From Candidatus Harpocratesius repetitus (lineage in GTDB: Archaea; Asgardarchaeota; Lokiarchaeia; Sigyniarchaeales; Promethearchaeaceae): a DNA stretch of 32,000 bases. Under the pieces are notes generated by a model. It saw nothing but the letters and a program-made list of their open reading frames with translations, did no database searches and had not been told where the DNA came from. Both the position numbers and the translations under genes were made by a program. Positions 8,138 through 17,659 of this stretch are shown piece by piece. The stretch covers positions 870,001-902,000 of the forward strand of contig JAIZWK010000001.1 in assembly GCA_021498095.1 (NCBI GenBank), read 5' to 3'. Every line of letters begins with the position of its first letter. The stretch's first letter is position 1.

Positions 8138-9631
8138 TTATCTAACTTGTTCTCTACGAGCTGACTCGCGCCACATATTTCTAATTGGATTTTTTGGTAC
8201 TTCTGGAACTATATTTTGTTGAGAGATATTAAAAAGTTCAAAAACTTGAGAAATTGCAGCAATTTTCATATATTCATAATTCCGTAGAATCTTTGTGATA
8301 TTAATTTGATTTAGAAATCCAGTTGAGATTAGCCATTGCTGATATTCTCGAGTTTCAATTATTGCTTGATGCAGCTCAATATTTGTTTTTACTCCTGAAA
8401 TCGTGAGTTCTTTCAAAGCATTTCGAGCCATCAGTATCGCTTGTTCTCGATTTTTTCCCCACACAATTAATTTTCCGACCAAAGAATCAAAATGATTTGG
8501 AATGGAATACTGAGGATAAATAAAGGTATCAAATCGAACGTTTGAACCACCAGGAATGATAACTTGAGTAATTTTACCACTTTGAGGTAAATTTTGAGCG
8601 TATGGATCTTCAGCATTAATACGAAATTCGATGGCATGACCTTGAAATGAAATTTCATCTTGTTTATAACTTAAAGGTTCTCCAGCTGCAACCTTTAATT
8701 GTTCAACTACAAGATCTATTCCTGTAATCATTTCTGTAACTGGATGCTCTACTTGAATTCTTGGATTAATCTCATTGAAATAAAGGTGATTATCTTTCCA
8801 AAGGAATTCAGCTGTTCCTGCATTAACATATCCTAAATTCTTCGCTAAATCACAGACTTTTTCGCCTAATTCATCCACGATATTACGATCCAAAAAAGAA
8901 GGTGCTTCTTCTATAAGTTTTTGATTTGAGCGTTGAATGGAGCATTCTCGATCACCCAAATGAATAACATTACCAAAATGATCTCCAATAAATTGAATTT
9001 CAATATGCCGTGGATTTTTAATAAATTTTTCAATAAATACTTCTTTTCGTCCAAAAAATTGTTCGGAGATGGCTTGACATCCTTCAAATGCAGAACGTAA
9101 TGTGTGAACGGAGTTTACACGCTCCATTCCACGACCTCCACCGCCAAATGCGGACTTGATTATTATAGGGTAGCCAATATCTTCTGCTATTTGTTTTGCT
9201 TCTTCAAATGTATGAACAAATCCAGTAGAACCAGGAACAACTGGTAACCCGACTTCTCTTGCAATATTTTTTGCTTTTATTTTATCTCCAAGATAGTCAA
9301 TTATTTCTGATTTTGGACCTATGAAAATTTTCCCACTTGCTTCTACCGCCTTGGCAAATTCTGCATTTTCTGAAAGGAAACCATATCCAGGATGAACTGC
9401 ATCTGCATTCGATTTATCAAGAATTTCAAGAATTTTTGGAATATTAAGGTAAGTTTCTTGAACGCTACCTGAACCTAAGGAAAAACATTCGTCTGCCATT
9501 TTAACATGCAAAGAATGGGTATCATCTGATGAAAATATTGCAATTGTATAAATTCCTTGCAGACGACATGCTCTTATTATTCTAACCGCGATTTCCCCGC
9601 GATTTGCAATTAATACGGATTGAAGCGTCAT
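8138..9631 (-). CDS. accC: Biotin carboxylase subunit of an acyl-CoA (or pyruvate) carboxylase
   Basis: LIANRGEIAVR, HPGYGFLSEN, GGGGRGM, RECSIQR, EINPRIQVEHPVTE and RINAEDP motifs. Confidence 0.93.
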   Translation of the reverse strand: MTLQSVLIANRGEIAVRIIRACRLQGIYTIAIFSSDDTHSLHVKMADECFSLGSGSVQETYLNIPKILEILDKSNADAVHPGYGFLSENAEFAKAVEASGKIFIGPKSEIIDYLGDKIKAKNIAREVGLPVVPGSTGFVHTFEEAKQIAEDIGYPIIIKSAFGGGGRGMERVNSVHTLRSAFEGCQAISEQFFGRKEVFIEKFIKNPRHIEIQFIGDHFGNVIHLGDRECSIQRSNQKLIEEAPSFLDRNIVDELGEKVCDLAKNLGYVNAGTAEFLWKDNHLYFNEINPRIQVEHPVTEMITGIDLVVEQLKVAAGEPLSYKQDEISFQGHAIEFRINAEDPYAQNLPQSGKITQVIIPGGSNVRFDTFIYPQYSIPNHFDSLVGKLIVWGKNREQAILMARNALKELTISGVKTNIELHQAIIETREYQQWLISTGFLNQINITKILRNYEYMKIAAISQVFELFNISQQNIVPEVPKNPIRNMWRESARREQVR

Positions 9632-9763
9632 TACATAAACTCATATAATATGAATAAAAAGCATTCCTCGAACTTTCAGAGTATTAATCATAGAGAAGTT
9701 TTATTTAAATAAACAAATATTTGATCAAAGATAGATATAGATTAGGAAGAAAAAAAGAAAAAT

Positions 9764-9964
9764 TTAATCATTTTCATCTAATTCAAAAATAGTTGAAACC
9801 GGTTTTCCGAAATATTTCGCAATTTTGAGTGCTACGATAATATTTGGCCTTTTTAACCCTTTTTCGATATATGAAATCATTTGCCGAGATACTCCAACTG
9901 CCGTTGCAAGCTCTTGTTGTGAAATTTTTACTTTCTCTCTAAATTCACGGACCCGATTCTTCAT
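9764..9964 (-). CDS. Small XRE-family helix-turn-helix transcriptional regulator
   Basis: NRVREFRE...SQQELATAVGVSRQMISYIEKG...P...ALKIAKYF...IF is a typical HTH_3 pattern. Confidence 0.88.
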   Translation of the reverse strand: MKNRVREFREKVKISQQELATAVGVSRQMISYIEKGLKRPNIIVALKIAKYFGKPVSTIFELDEND

Positions 9965-10043
9965 TTTTTCAGATTTCCTTGCCTTTTATTTGGGAAAGAT
10001 CTAATTCATTTAAGAGAAAATAATAAAAAACAATCTCTTAAAA

Positions 10044-10916
10044 TTATTTATCTAGTTCAAAAATTTCTTCGATTGAAACATTGAATTTACGAGCAATTCG
10101 CATTGCTAAAGTGAGGGAAGGAACAAACTCTCCTGTTTCTAAGTATTTTATGGTTGATTCTGCAACACCTACAGCATCAGCTAATTGTGATATAGATAAT
10201 CCCATCTGTTCTCGTAATTGTCTTATTTTTGTTTTTATTTGATCCTTTTCCCGCATCTTTGAAAGGAAATAAGCGATAAATTCATCAAAAACGATATTAT
10301 TGTCCGTAAAAACATCTGATAAACCTGACTTTGGGCTATATTGAGTGTATTTATGAACAAATTTATTGATTTTTAATTCTATTTCAGTCGGATTTTTCAC
10401 ACCAGGAATGTATCCTTCAGGCCGAATAATTCCTTTTTGAGCGTTGGCAGTAGCAGCGCTTGAACCAGCAGTTTCTATTTTAACTTTGTATAATTTAAGT
10501 AAACGATCTCTGATATTTTGATATATTGCTACATTTTGAATTCTAGAATAAGGAATCGTTGTTTTTGTTTTAGTGAGAACACCATAACGAATTATTATGA
10601 ATTTTTCCGTGAATTCGTATGAAAAGTTTTTTACATATAAAACAGCAAAAATCCATGTTATTCCGTTAGATAAGACTACAAATCCTATTATAACCCAGAA
10701 TATCACATTCCACAATTTAGCTTCATTTAGATTTGAGCCATCATCTCTGGCGATTGCAATAATGAACCAACCTAATCCGTAAATTGCCAAGCTTACAATA
10801 ATACTTCCGATTATACTACCTATAATTTCATGCTTAATGTAAGCAATATCAATTTTATGCACATTTTTGTGATCTGAGTCTATAGATTTCATTGATTCCA
10901 TCTTTTCATTCTTCAC
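10044..10916 (-). CDS. Membrane protein: 2 TM helices + bacterial PH (bPH_2-like) domain + C-terminal XRE HTH
   Basis: Two hydrophobic segments, then YEFTEKFIIIRYGVLTKTKTTIPYSRIQNVAIYQ...VKIETAG (bPH_2-like), then LREQMGLSISQLADAVGVAESTIKYLETGEFVPSLTLA (HTH_3). GTG start, with alternative ATGs slightly downstream. Confidence 0.85.
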   Translation of the reverse strand: MKNEKMESMKSIDSDHKNVHKIDIAYIKHEIIGSIIGSIIVSLAIYGLGWFIIAIARDDGSNLNEAKLWNVIFWVIIGFVVLSNGITWIFAVLYVKNFSYEFTEKFIIIRYGVLTKTKTTIPYSRIQNVAIYQNIRDRLLKLYKVKIETAGSSAATANAQKGIIRPEGYIPGVKNPTEIELKINKFVHKYTQYSPKSGLSDVFTDNNIVFDEFIAYFLSKMREKDQIKTKIRQLREQMGLSISQLADAVGVAESTIKYLETGEFVPSLTLAMRIARKFNVSIEEIFELDK

Positions 10917-10955
10917 TTCTTTTTTATTAATAATTGTTTATTGAATACATATGAA

Positions 10956-11023
10956 TTGCAACCAATGGTTGCACATGTAATTAATAAATCTTAGGCATAA
11001 AAATCTTTGCAACCAATGGTTGC
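10956..11023. promoter_or_regulatory. Duplicated palindromic operator TGCAACCA-A-TGGTTGC(A)
   Basis: The 17-nt ttgcaaccaatggttgc occurs at 10956-10972 and 11007-11023 (51 nt apart). Each copy is an inverted repeat. They flank a TTTATTAA box on the minus strand (10980-10987) in the divergent intergenic region. Confidence 0.8.
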
Positions 11024-11071
11024 GTCTTTTAAAAAAATTTTCCCAGCATAAATTTTTAAAAGAGCGCGACA

Positions 11072-12451
11072 TTGAAGGGAATGAATATATTCATGCAAAT
11101 TCCTTCTCTTTCTGAGTTGTTACCTCAAATAGATCTTACATATCGTCTTGAATCTTTACATAATCAGCTTTTCATACTTGGACGAAATCCAGAGTTATCT
11201 CTTGCAGAAATATGTGCACTTTATCATTCCATTTCTATTTCACCGAAATTTATTGATGTTAGTACTGATGGAGCGATTGTTAACGCACCTAATCATATTG
11301 ATATTCAAAAATCTGGAGCAATTCTGAAGCAGTGCGAAATAATTGGACAAATTGGTTATCAAATATCAGAAGAGAGTATAAAAAAAATTTTATTAGAGCA
11401 TTTTGAGGCAGAGTATATCGAAGATAAATCATTTTGGGCAATAAGTGTATATAACAGAAATCGATCTTCTATGTCTTCAGAAGAATTTACTCATTTCTCA
11501 GAATTAATACATACAACTGTAAAATCTTGCTTAAAAAAATTAAAAATTCGAAAAACCCAACGAATTCACGAATATCAGAAAGATTTTTTGTCTCCACGTA
11601 AATTAAAAAGAAAGGAAGTTATAGAACGAGGATTTGAATTGATATTATGGTTTCAACCTAATCAAATAATCATTGCCCAGACTCGAAAAGTAATCAATAT
11701 TGACGATTTTGCTCATCGTGATTCTGATAGGCCTTTTACTCGCCCACTTTTATTATTAGGATTAGCTTTGGCGCGTTCAATGATTAATTTAATTTCGATT
11801 CAGGAGAATAATCATAAAAAATCAGTTTATGATCCTTTTTGTGGTATGGGCACAATTCCAGCTGAAGCTTACTTATTAGGAATTGAAGCATATGGTTCAG
11901 ATATAGATTCTGAATGTGTAGTACAAGCTCGACAAAATCTTAAATGGCTTTCTCGACAAAAAAAATACCGTAAACAAAGGAAGCCATATCATCTGGATAA
12001 CATTTTTCAAATGGATATTACAAAACCTGAACTAAATAAATTCCCATGGATTACTGCAGAAAGCAAAGAAAAAGATAAAATAGTAGGAAAAAAACCACAA
12101 TATAATGGAGCAATTGTAGCAGAAACAAATCTTCTAACTCCTCGTAAGTCTTATCCTTCACGTTCTGAAGCTTTACAAATGTTGCATGAATTCGAACATA
12201 ACTATACACAATATTTTCAAGGGTTAATGTCAATTCTTCCAGTTAATGGTATTGGAGTGCTGGTATTTCCTCAAATTCATATGAATGACGACAAGATTCT
12301 ACAGTTCCCTGTTAAACGATTTTTAAGTGAATTTAATTGTAAAATTCTTTCATTTCAAATAAATAATATAGAAATTCCTGCGATTTTTGTCCATAATTGG
12401 AAAAAGCCCATTATTGAACGGCTTATAGTAGTTTTTCAAAAAAAATCTTAA
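11072..12451 (+). CDS. Trm11/TrmG10-like SAM-dependent tRNA methyltransferase
   Basis: N-terminal FILGRNPELSLAE, RDSDRP, LARSMINL and class I MTase motif YDPFCGMGT...GSDID. The true start may be ATG 11081 or 11093. Confidence 0.75.
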   Translation: MKGMNIFMQIPSLSELLPQIDLTYRLESLHNQLFILGRNPELSLAEICALYHSISISPKFIDVSTDGAIVNAPNHIDIQKSGAILKQCEIIGQIGYQISEESIKKILLEHFEAEYIEDKSFWAISVYNRNRSSMSSEEFTHFSELIHTTVKSCLKKLKIRKTQRIHEYQKDFLSPRKLKRKEVIERGFELILWFQPNQIIIAQTRKVINIDDFAHRDSDRPFTRPLLLLGLALARSMINLISIQENNHKKSVYDPFCGMGTIPAEAYLLGIEAYGSDIDSECVVQARQNLKWLSRQKKYRKQRKPYHLDNIFQMDITKPELNKFPWITAESKEKDKIVGKKPQYNGAIVAETNLLTPRKSYPSRSEALQMLHEFEHNYTQYFQGLMSILPVNGIGVLVFPQIHMNDDKILQFPVKRFLSEFNCKILSFQINNIEIPAIFVHNWKKPIIERLIVVFQKKS

Positions 12452-12550
12452 GAGAAGAATAAAATAAGCAAAAATTCTCTTCTATTTCATCATCCAAGCA
12501 TAAAAAAAGGAAAAGAACTTGAAATAAGAAGCAGTTCAATTCTTTAATAT

Positions 12551-14554
12551 TTATAATTCTGCGATATCTATCAGATCAATTTCTACTTCTTTCTCATCTC
12601 TGCCAAAAAGACTTTCTTTATGCTCGGATTTAGAAACATAATCATTTTTTATTTCTTCGTTTTCTTCCTCAGCATTATCATCTACCTCATTGTATTCATT
12701 TTCATCATAGTATTCATCTTCTTCTTCATATTCATCTTCTTCTTCATATTCAGCTTCTAAATTCTCACCTTCTTCATCAGTATCTTCATATTCATCTTCA
12801 TATTCATCTTCTTCTTCATATTCAGCTTCTAAATTCTCACCTTCTTCATCAGTATCTTCATACTCATCTTCATATTCAGGATCAGGTGGAAAGATGATTT
12901 CTAGTATTTTGCCTTTTACTGGTTTTTGCTTGAAATCTAAGGCACTTATCAAACCAATTAATCTATTATTATTATATACCCGATAGCCATTTTTCAACGT
13001 GTGATTTCCAACAACCATTAATTCAATGTTGTTAGTCTCAGCAATAGGATCGAAAAGCTGCTGGTTAATTTTATACCCCACAGAACCAGAAATAGCTGAA
13101 TAAAAGGTTCCACTTTTCATTCGAAGAGCTGGAAGATTTGCTACAATTTGCTGAGTTATTGAGTCCATGTCTTTGATTAATCTATGATGATTTTGAAAAT
13201 GCTGTTCAAACAGATTTATCACAACTTCTGGATTTTCAAAATTAATTGGAAAATATCCATGTGCTGCAAAAATAAGCCGGTAAGGAGATTCTATATAATG
13301 GGCAATAGGTAATTGCACATAAAACTCATAAAGAGCTTCTAAAACTTCTTCATTGAAATGTTCCAAGATGTACTTTTTCAATTTGAGTTTTTCTACCTTT
13401 TTCTGATCTTCATAAGTTCCTCGAAAAAGTAATACTTCTTTGGGATATAGAATATTAAAACAAATTAAATATAAAAGTGTATGAAAATCCATGGACGTTC
13501 CACCAATAAAATTGCCCAAAAAGATCAATCGGAGCGGATTTTCTGTAGCTTGTGATTCAAATATCTTGGGTTGAAAGAAACGCATTAATTTATCTAATGA
13601 TTCAAAATTTCCATAAAGATCACCGATGTAATACATCTTTGAATTCCCTGGTAAAGATTCAATTAGAACCTTGCTTGAATTAATTTTTTTATAAATCTCT
13701 ATGATTTGTTGGAACATTTGAAGTATTTTTTGGGTTGCTTCTCCATTTCCATAAAATTCATCCGGAGTAGGATGATTAAAGGAATGTAAAAAATAAAATT
13801 CCCAAATTTTCTCTATTTCAGTCGGTTCCAAGAATTTCAATGAAGGTTTTGAAGAGATAAAAGGCGCTTCATCTGTATTCAGTGGTGTTTCTGGTGACAT
13901 TGATGAATTTGGTAGACTTTCATTAATTGATTCTGTTTCTAAATTAGATTTTCCTTTTCTATCCAAATCATCTGCATTATCTTCATTTTCTTCATTGTAT
14001 TCAATTTCTTCTTCTTCACTCTCGTCATCCACAAAGTCATTAATTTCTTTTTTTTTAATTTTTTCACGATCTAGCATAGCTTGGGTTGTTAGAATTTCCA
14101 ATTCTCGATCTTTTTTCCACTTTATAAGAGAATTCTTTTGCTTTTTTTTCTGTTTCTCAGTTAGCTTTTTATTTCCTTCAATTTCATCCATTCGTTGCTC
14201 AAATTCTTTCTCTAGATTGTCTAATTTTTGCGACATCTCCGAATCATCTGCATCCAAATTAAAATCTATTGAGCTTTCAGTCGAATCGGATGAATTTAAA
14301 TGGTTATTATCATCTACAGAATTAGAAGTTGATTTTGAAGTATAAGCTGCATCTCCAAGCTTTTCAATTAAATAATTAATTCGATTTGAAATTTGCTGCA
14401 TGAAAATAGATTCATTTGGAAGATTCAATTGTTGATATTTAATTAATTTATAACATTTTCGCAATTCTTCTAAACATTTTAATGGATCTTTGCTTTCTAA
14501 TTGATTTGCTGATCGTAAATGTCGAAAGAATTTTCCTTGCTTTGGTGTTCGCAA
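12551..14554 (-). CDS. PPP/calcineurin-like phosphatase-fold protein with degenerate active site, charged N-terminal region and acidic repeat tail
   Basis: Motif order matches PPP phosphatases: YYIGDLYG (GDxHG), IFLGNFIGG (GDYVDRG), LFRGTYE (LRGNHE), FAAHG and ISA (FSA). Confidence 0.78.
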   Translation of the reverse strand: MRTPKQGKFFRHLRSANQLESKDPLKCLEELRKCYKLIKYQQLNLPNESIFMQQISNRINYLIEKLGDAAYTSKSTSNSVDDNNHLNSSDSTESSIDFNLDADDSEMSQKLDNLEKEFEQRMDEIEGNKKLTEKQKKKQKNSLIKWKKDRELEILTTQAMLDREKIKKKEINDFVDDESEEEEIEYNEENEDNADDLDRKGKSNLETESINESLPNSSMSPETPLNTDEAPFISSKPSLKFLEPTEIEKIWEFYFLHSFNHPTPDEFYGNGEATQKILQMFQQIIEIYKKINSSKVLIESLPGNSKMYYIGDLYGNFESLDKLMRFFQPKIFESQATENPLRLIFLGNFIGGTSMDFHTLLYLICFNILYPKEVLLFRGTYEDQKKVEKLKLKKYILEHFNEEVLEALYEFYVQLPIAHYIESPYRLIFAAHGYFPINFENPEVVINLFEQHFQNHHRLIKDMDSITQQIVANLPALRMKSGTFYSAISGSVGYKINQQLFDPIAETNNIELMVVGNHTLKNGYRVYNNNRLIGLISALDFKQKPVKGKILEIIFPPDPEYEDEYEDTDEEGENLEAEYEEEDEYEDEYEDTDEEGENLEAEYEEEDEYEEEDEYYDENEYNEVDDNAEEENEEIKNDYVSKSEHKESLFGRDEKEVEIDLIDIAEL
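12713..12878 (-). repeat. Coding tandem repeat: 72 nt x2 plus an extra 18-nt unit, encoding a Glu/Asp/Tyr-rich tail
   Basis: 12731-12802 matches 12803-12874 with one mismatch (EYEDEYEDTDEEGENLEAEYEEED). The unit ttcatcttcttcttcata is repeated at 12713 and 12731. Confidence 0.93.
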
Positions 14555-14737
14555 TCTACTTTATCCTCCAAATTTTACCATGCTAATTCATAATATAATG
14601 CTTAAAAAATTAAAGTATTTATATTATTAAATTTGGTAATGTTTCCCTCTTTTATTTGGAATTATTATTATTGGGTTTAATATAAAAGCTTTAATATACT
14701 AAAATCGCGGTAAATATGTTAGGAGGCGATTATATAA

Positions 14738-14953
14738 ATGCCGGAAAGCTTAAACATTACTAAATTTAAAAAAAAAGAGATTATCAAATATTACCGAGAT
14801 AATGTTTATTGGGATAGCAATGGTGAAATATTAGAATGGAATCCCTATAATCGCGAAAAAATACTTCATAAAATGTTAGAAAAATTCAAAAACTCATCTG
14901 AATTTGAAATTGAAAGCATCTTAGAAGAGTATCATCGAAAAATCGCATTATAG
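14738..14953 (+). CDS. Small hypothetical protein (71 aa)
   Basis: Free-standing ORF in an intergenic gap, with AGGAGG at 14721-14726, an AT-rich TATA-like element upstream and protein-like composition. No family recognised. Confidence 0.6.
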   Translation: MPESLNITKFKKKEIIKYYRDNVYWDSNGEILEWNPYNREKILHKMLEKFKNSSEFEIESILEEYHRKIAL

Positions 14954-15247
14954 GGAATTCATTTTGAATAATATGTCAAATATTTGCTCATTTTAAGACA
15001 TTGTATAGTGGAGCGTATCAATGAGAATTTTAAGAAATCAAAACTCATTTTAATCTAATTTTTCATTATTACTTTTATGTATACTCCATTTTTTTTCAGT
15101 ATATGAACTTTTTCAATTATTGAGTGATCAAAAATTATCTTTTTCTATTAATAAAGTGATATAATTTTATAATTCAATAGGACTATATGAATACATAACA
15201 ACATTTCTATGATTAAGAAGGAACAATTTCTTTCTGGCGCATTTTAA

Positions 15248-16765
15248 ATGAATAAAACAAAAGAAAAATATAAAAAAAACCATTTTCTTCAAAATTGGAG
15301 AGAAATTTATCCTACTTTAGGATCTCCATTTCATATATATTCTAAAAAAGTGGGATATTTCCTTGGTCTGTTATTGTTTCTTTTTTTTTCTATATTTGCT
15401 TTTACTCTTTATTATTATATAGATACTCCCATGGATCTAATTGGTTTTTTAATTTATTGTCTATTTTTTACTGGATTTCTATTCTATTTTTATGGTTTTT
15501 CATTTCATACAAAAACTGCCGAGCTAATGGATATTTCACCTGTATTAATAGCTGCAGGAGTTGTATTTTCCCAAAATGTTTTGGGAATCGCGATTTTACT
15601 CATTTTAAATGCATTAATCAGTTATTTTTTTGGAATTCGAAGATTTCATGCGATTATTTTTAATTTCAGTCGAAATGGAATAATTGCATATCCAATTTTA
15701 TGGATTCTTACAATGATTCCTTCTCCTATTATCCCAAGTTTAAAATCTCTTTCCCTTCTTATTCTAAGTGTTATTATTTCATTGTATCTTTATTTCATCA
15801 ATACCGTTTTAGTAAAATCTATCATTTCGCTTTCTTCACGTAGGCCATTCTTATTAGTACTTAAAGATTTGGATTTTTCTGAAGAATTCTTTCAATTTAC
15901 AAGTTCACTTCTTATTTTTAATGCATTATTTATCTCATCGTCTCTTTTAGGTCCGATTTTACTCGCATATGGTGCTCTTTTTTATCAACAAATTCGTAAA
16001 CATATATATTATGAAGATCAAAAGCGTTTGAAAAGAGAATTACAAGAGATCGAATTACGACGGTTGGAAGAACAACTTCGCTTACAAAAAATGGAATCAT
16101 TAGGATTATTAGCAGGTGGGATTGCTCATGATTTCAATAATTTTCTCACTTCAATTCTCGGAAATTTAGAACTTTTAAAAATTGAGAATGATCAAAATGA
16201 AATTGAAGAAATTTATTCTGATCTTATGGAAGCGGTTGAAAATGCCAAAAAAATGGTTCAGCAATTAACTAATTTTTCTCGAGTTTCCCCAAAAGAAATC
16301 GAATTGTTTGATATGAACGAAGTAATTAACGATACAATTCTTTTTGTATCTCGTGGTTCTAATTGCAAATATTATTCTAATTTTACCCCTAATTTGCAAT
16401 TAAGAATTACACGTTCTCATTTTATCCGTATTCTCACGAATTTACTAATAAATGCCATGCAGGCTATGCCTAATGGGGGAACAATCCAAGTAACCACTGA
16501 TCGTATAGAAATTTCTTCGAATTCTCCATTACCAATTCCACCTAAAGATTATATTTTACTCACAATCACTGATCATGGAAATGGTATTCCAAAAAAAATT
16601 CAACACAAAATTTTTGAACCATATTTTACAACAAAAAAAAATGGAACAGGGCTCGGTCTTGCCACCGTATTTCGTTTGATGCAGCAATATAATGGTTTTA
16701 TCCATTTTAAGTCGAAAGAAAATGTTGGGACTACTTTTCTTCTCTATTTTCCTTACAATGATTGA
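15248..16765 (+). CDS. Membrane-bound sensor histidine kinase (multi-TM sensor + HisKA + HATPase_c), no receiver domain
   Basis: Hydrophobic N-terminal half, H-box GGIAHDFNN, N-box NLLINAMQAM, DHGNGI, FEPYFTTK and GTGLGL. Confidence 0.92.
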   Translation: MNKTKEKYKKNHFLQNWREIYPTLGSPFHIYSKKVGYFLGLLLFLFFSIFAFTLYYYIDTPMDLIGFLIYCLFFTGFLFYFYGFSFHTKTAELMDISPVLIAAGVVFSQNVLGIAILLILNALISYFFGIRRFHAIIFNFSRNGIIAYPILWILTMIPSPIIPSLKSLSLLILSVIISLYLYFINTVLVKSIISLSSRRPFLLVLKDLDFSEEFFQFTSSLLIFNALFISSSLLGPILLAYGALFYQQIRKHIYYEDQKRLKRELQEIELRRLEEQLRLQKMESLGLLAGGIAHDFNNFLTSILGNLELLKIENDQNEIEEIYSDLMEAVENAKKMVQQLTNFSRVSPKEIELFDMNEVINDTILFVSRGSNCKYYSNFTPNLQLRITRSHFIRILTNLLINAMQAMPNGGTIQVTTDRIEISSNSPLPIPPKDYILLTITDHGNGIPKKIQHKIFEPYFTTKKNGTGLGLATVFRLMQQYNGFIHFKSKENVGTTFLLYFPYND

Positions 16766-16824
16766 TTGATCAAACTTAATTTCATTTTCTTTATTATCGA
16801 ATATAGAATTTAGATAAAAAAGCG

Positions 16825-16899
16825 CGGGCTATGAGGGATTCGAACCCCCGACTGACGGATTAAGAGTCCGTTACGCTAGCCTGGCTGCGTCAATAGCCC
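16825..16899 (-). tRNA. tRNA-Lys (anticodon CUU), no intron, CCA not encoded
   Basis: Minus strand GGGCTAT TG ACGC AGCCAGGCTA GCGT A ACGGA CT-CTT-AA TCCGT CAGTC GGGGG TTCGAAT CCCTC ATAGCCC G. All four stems pair. Confidence 0.97.
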
Positions 16900-16920
16900 T
16901 AAGTTTTAGTCGAATGGGTA

Positions 16921-16947
16921 GAAAAAAATGCCCGAAATTTTATCGGG
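16921..16947 (-). terminator. Possible rpl2 terminator (short hairpin + T7 tract)
   Basis: Minus strand CCCGA-TAAAATT-TCGGG-CA-TTTTTTT spans the rpl2 stop codon. Confidence 0.4.
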
Positions 16948-17659
16948 TTTTACGTCCTGATTGTCGTGCAGCAATCATTCCAACTTTACGACCGGGTGGG
17001 GCATTTCGTGAAGTGGTTGTAGGTCTTCCAGAAGTTTTCTTTCGTCCACCTCCGAATGGATGGCTGCATGCATTCATTCCACTTGAAGTAATCACAGGCC
17101 AATTTGAAGCTTTGGTTTTCATTAAATGGAATTTTGCACCAGCTTTCATAAATGGTTTGGTTGTAATACCTCCACCGGCTACCACACCAATAGTTGCCCG
17201 GCAATTTGGATTCATAGTTTTACGATGTCCGGAAGGAAGTAAGACGTTTACTCCTGTTTCAGATCGTGTCATAACAGTAGCAGTTGTGCCGCCAGCACGA
17301 ATAAATTTCCCACCATCTCCTGGTTGCTGTTCTATGTTATAAATCAAGCTTCCTTCAGGGATATTTTTTAATGCCATGGTATTTCCTACTTTAATAGGGC
17401 ATTTTTCGCCGATTTGAAAAGTATCTCCAATAAAGATACCTTCTGGTGGGAGCCAAAGTGTGCGAGTGCCATTTTCATAATCCATTAAAGCGAGAGGTGT
17501 ACCTCTTCCACCTTCATGAATAAAATCGATAACCTTACCAGAAATTACTTCATTTGGTGCGGTGTGGATATATTTTACTGCTCCACGCTTTTTATGTTTC
17601 GGAGATCGGAAATTTTGGGTTCCTTTACCCCGTCTTTGTACTAAAATTCTTCTTCCCAT
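16940..17659 (-). CDS. rpl2: 50S ribosomal protein uL2 (archaeal type)
   Basis: MGRRILVQRRGKG start typical of archaeal/eukaryotic uL2, plus MNACSHPFGGG and PPGRKVG. The true start is ATG 17659, not the track's 17737. Confidence 0.97.
   Translation of the reverse strand: MGRRILVQRRGKGTQNFRSPKHKKRGAVKYIHTAPNEVISGKVIDFIHEGGRGTPLALMDYENGTRTLWLPPEGIFIGDTFQIGEKCPIKVGNTMALKNIPEGSLIYNIEQQPGDGGKFIRAGGTTATVMTRSETGVNVLLPSGHRKTMNPNCRATIGVVAGGGITTKPFMKAGAKFHLMKTKASNWPVITSSGMNACSHPFGGGRKKTSGRPTTTSRNAPPGRKVGMIAARQSGRKTR

Noticed and set aside
13995-14345. Ser/Phe-rich antisense ORF
   Set aside because: It is a shadow of the Glu/Lys-rich region of the phosphatase-like gene.
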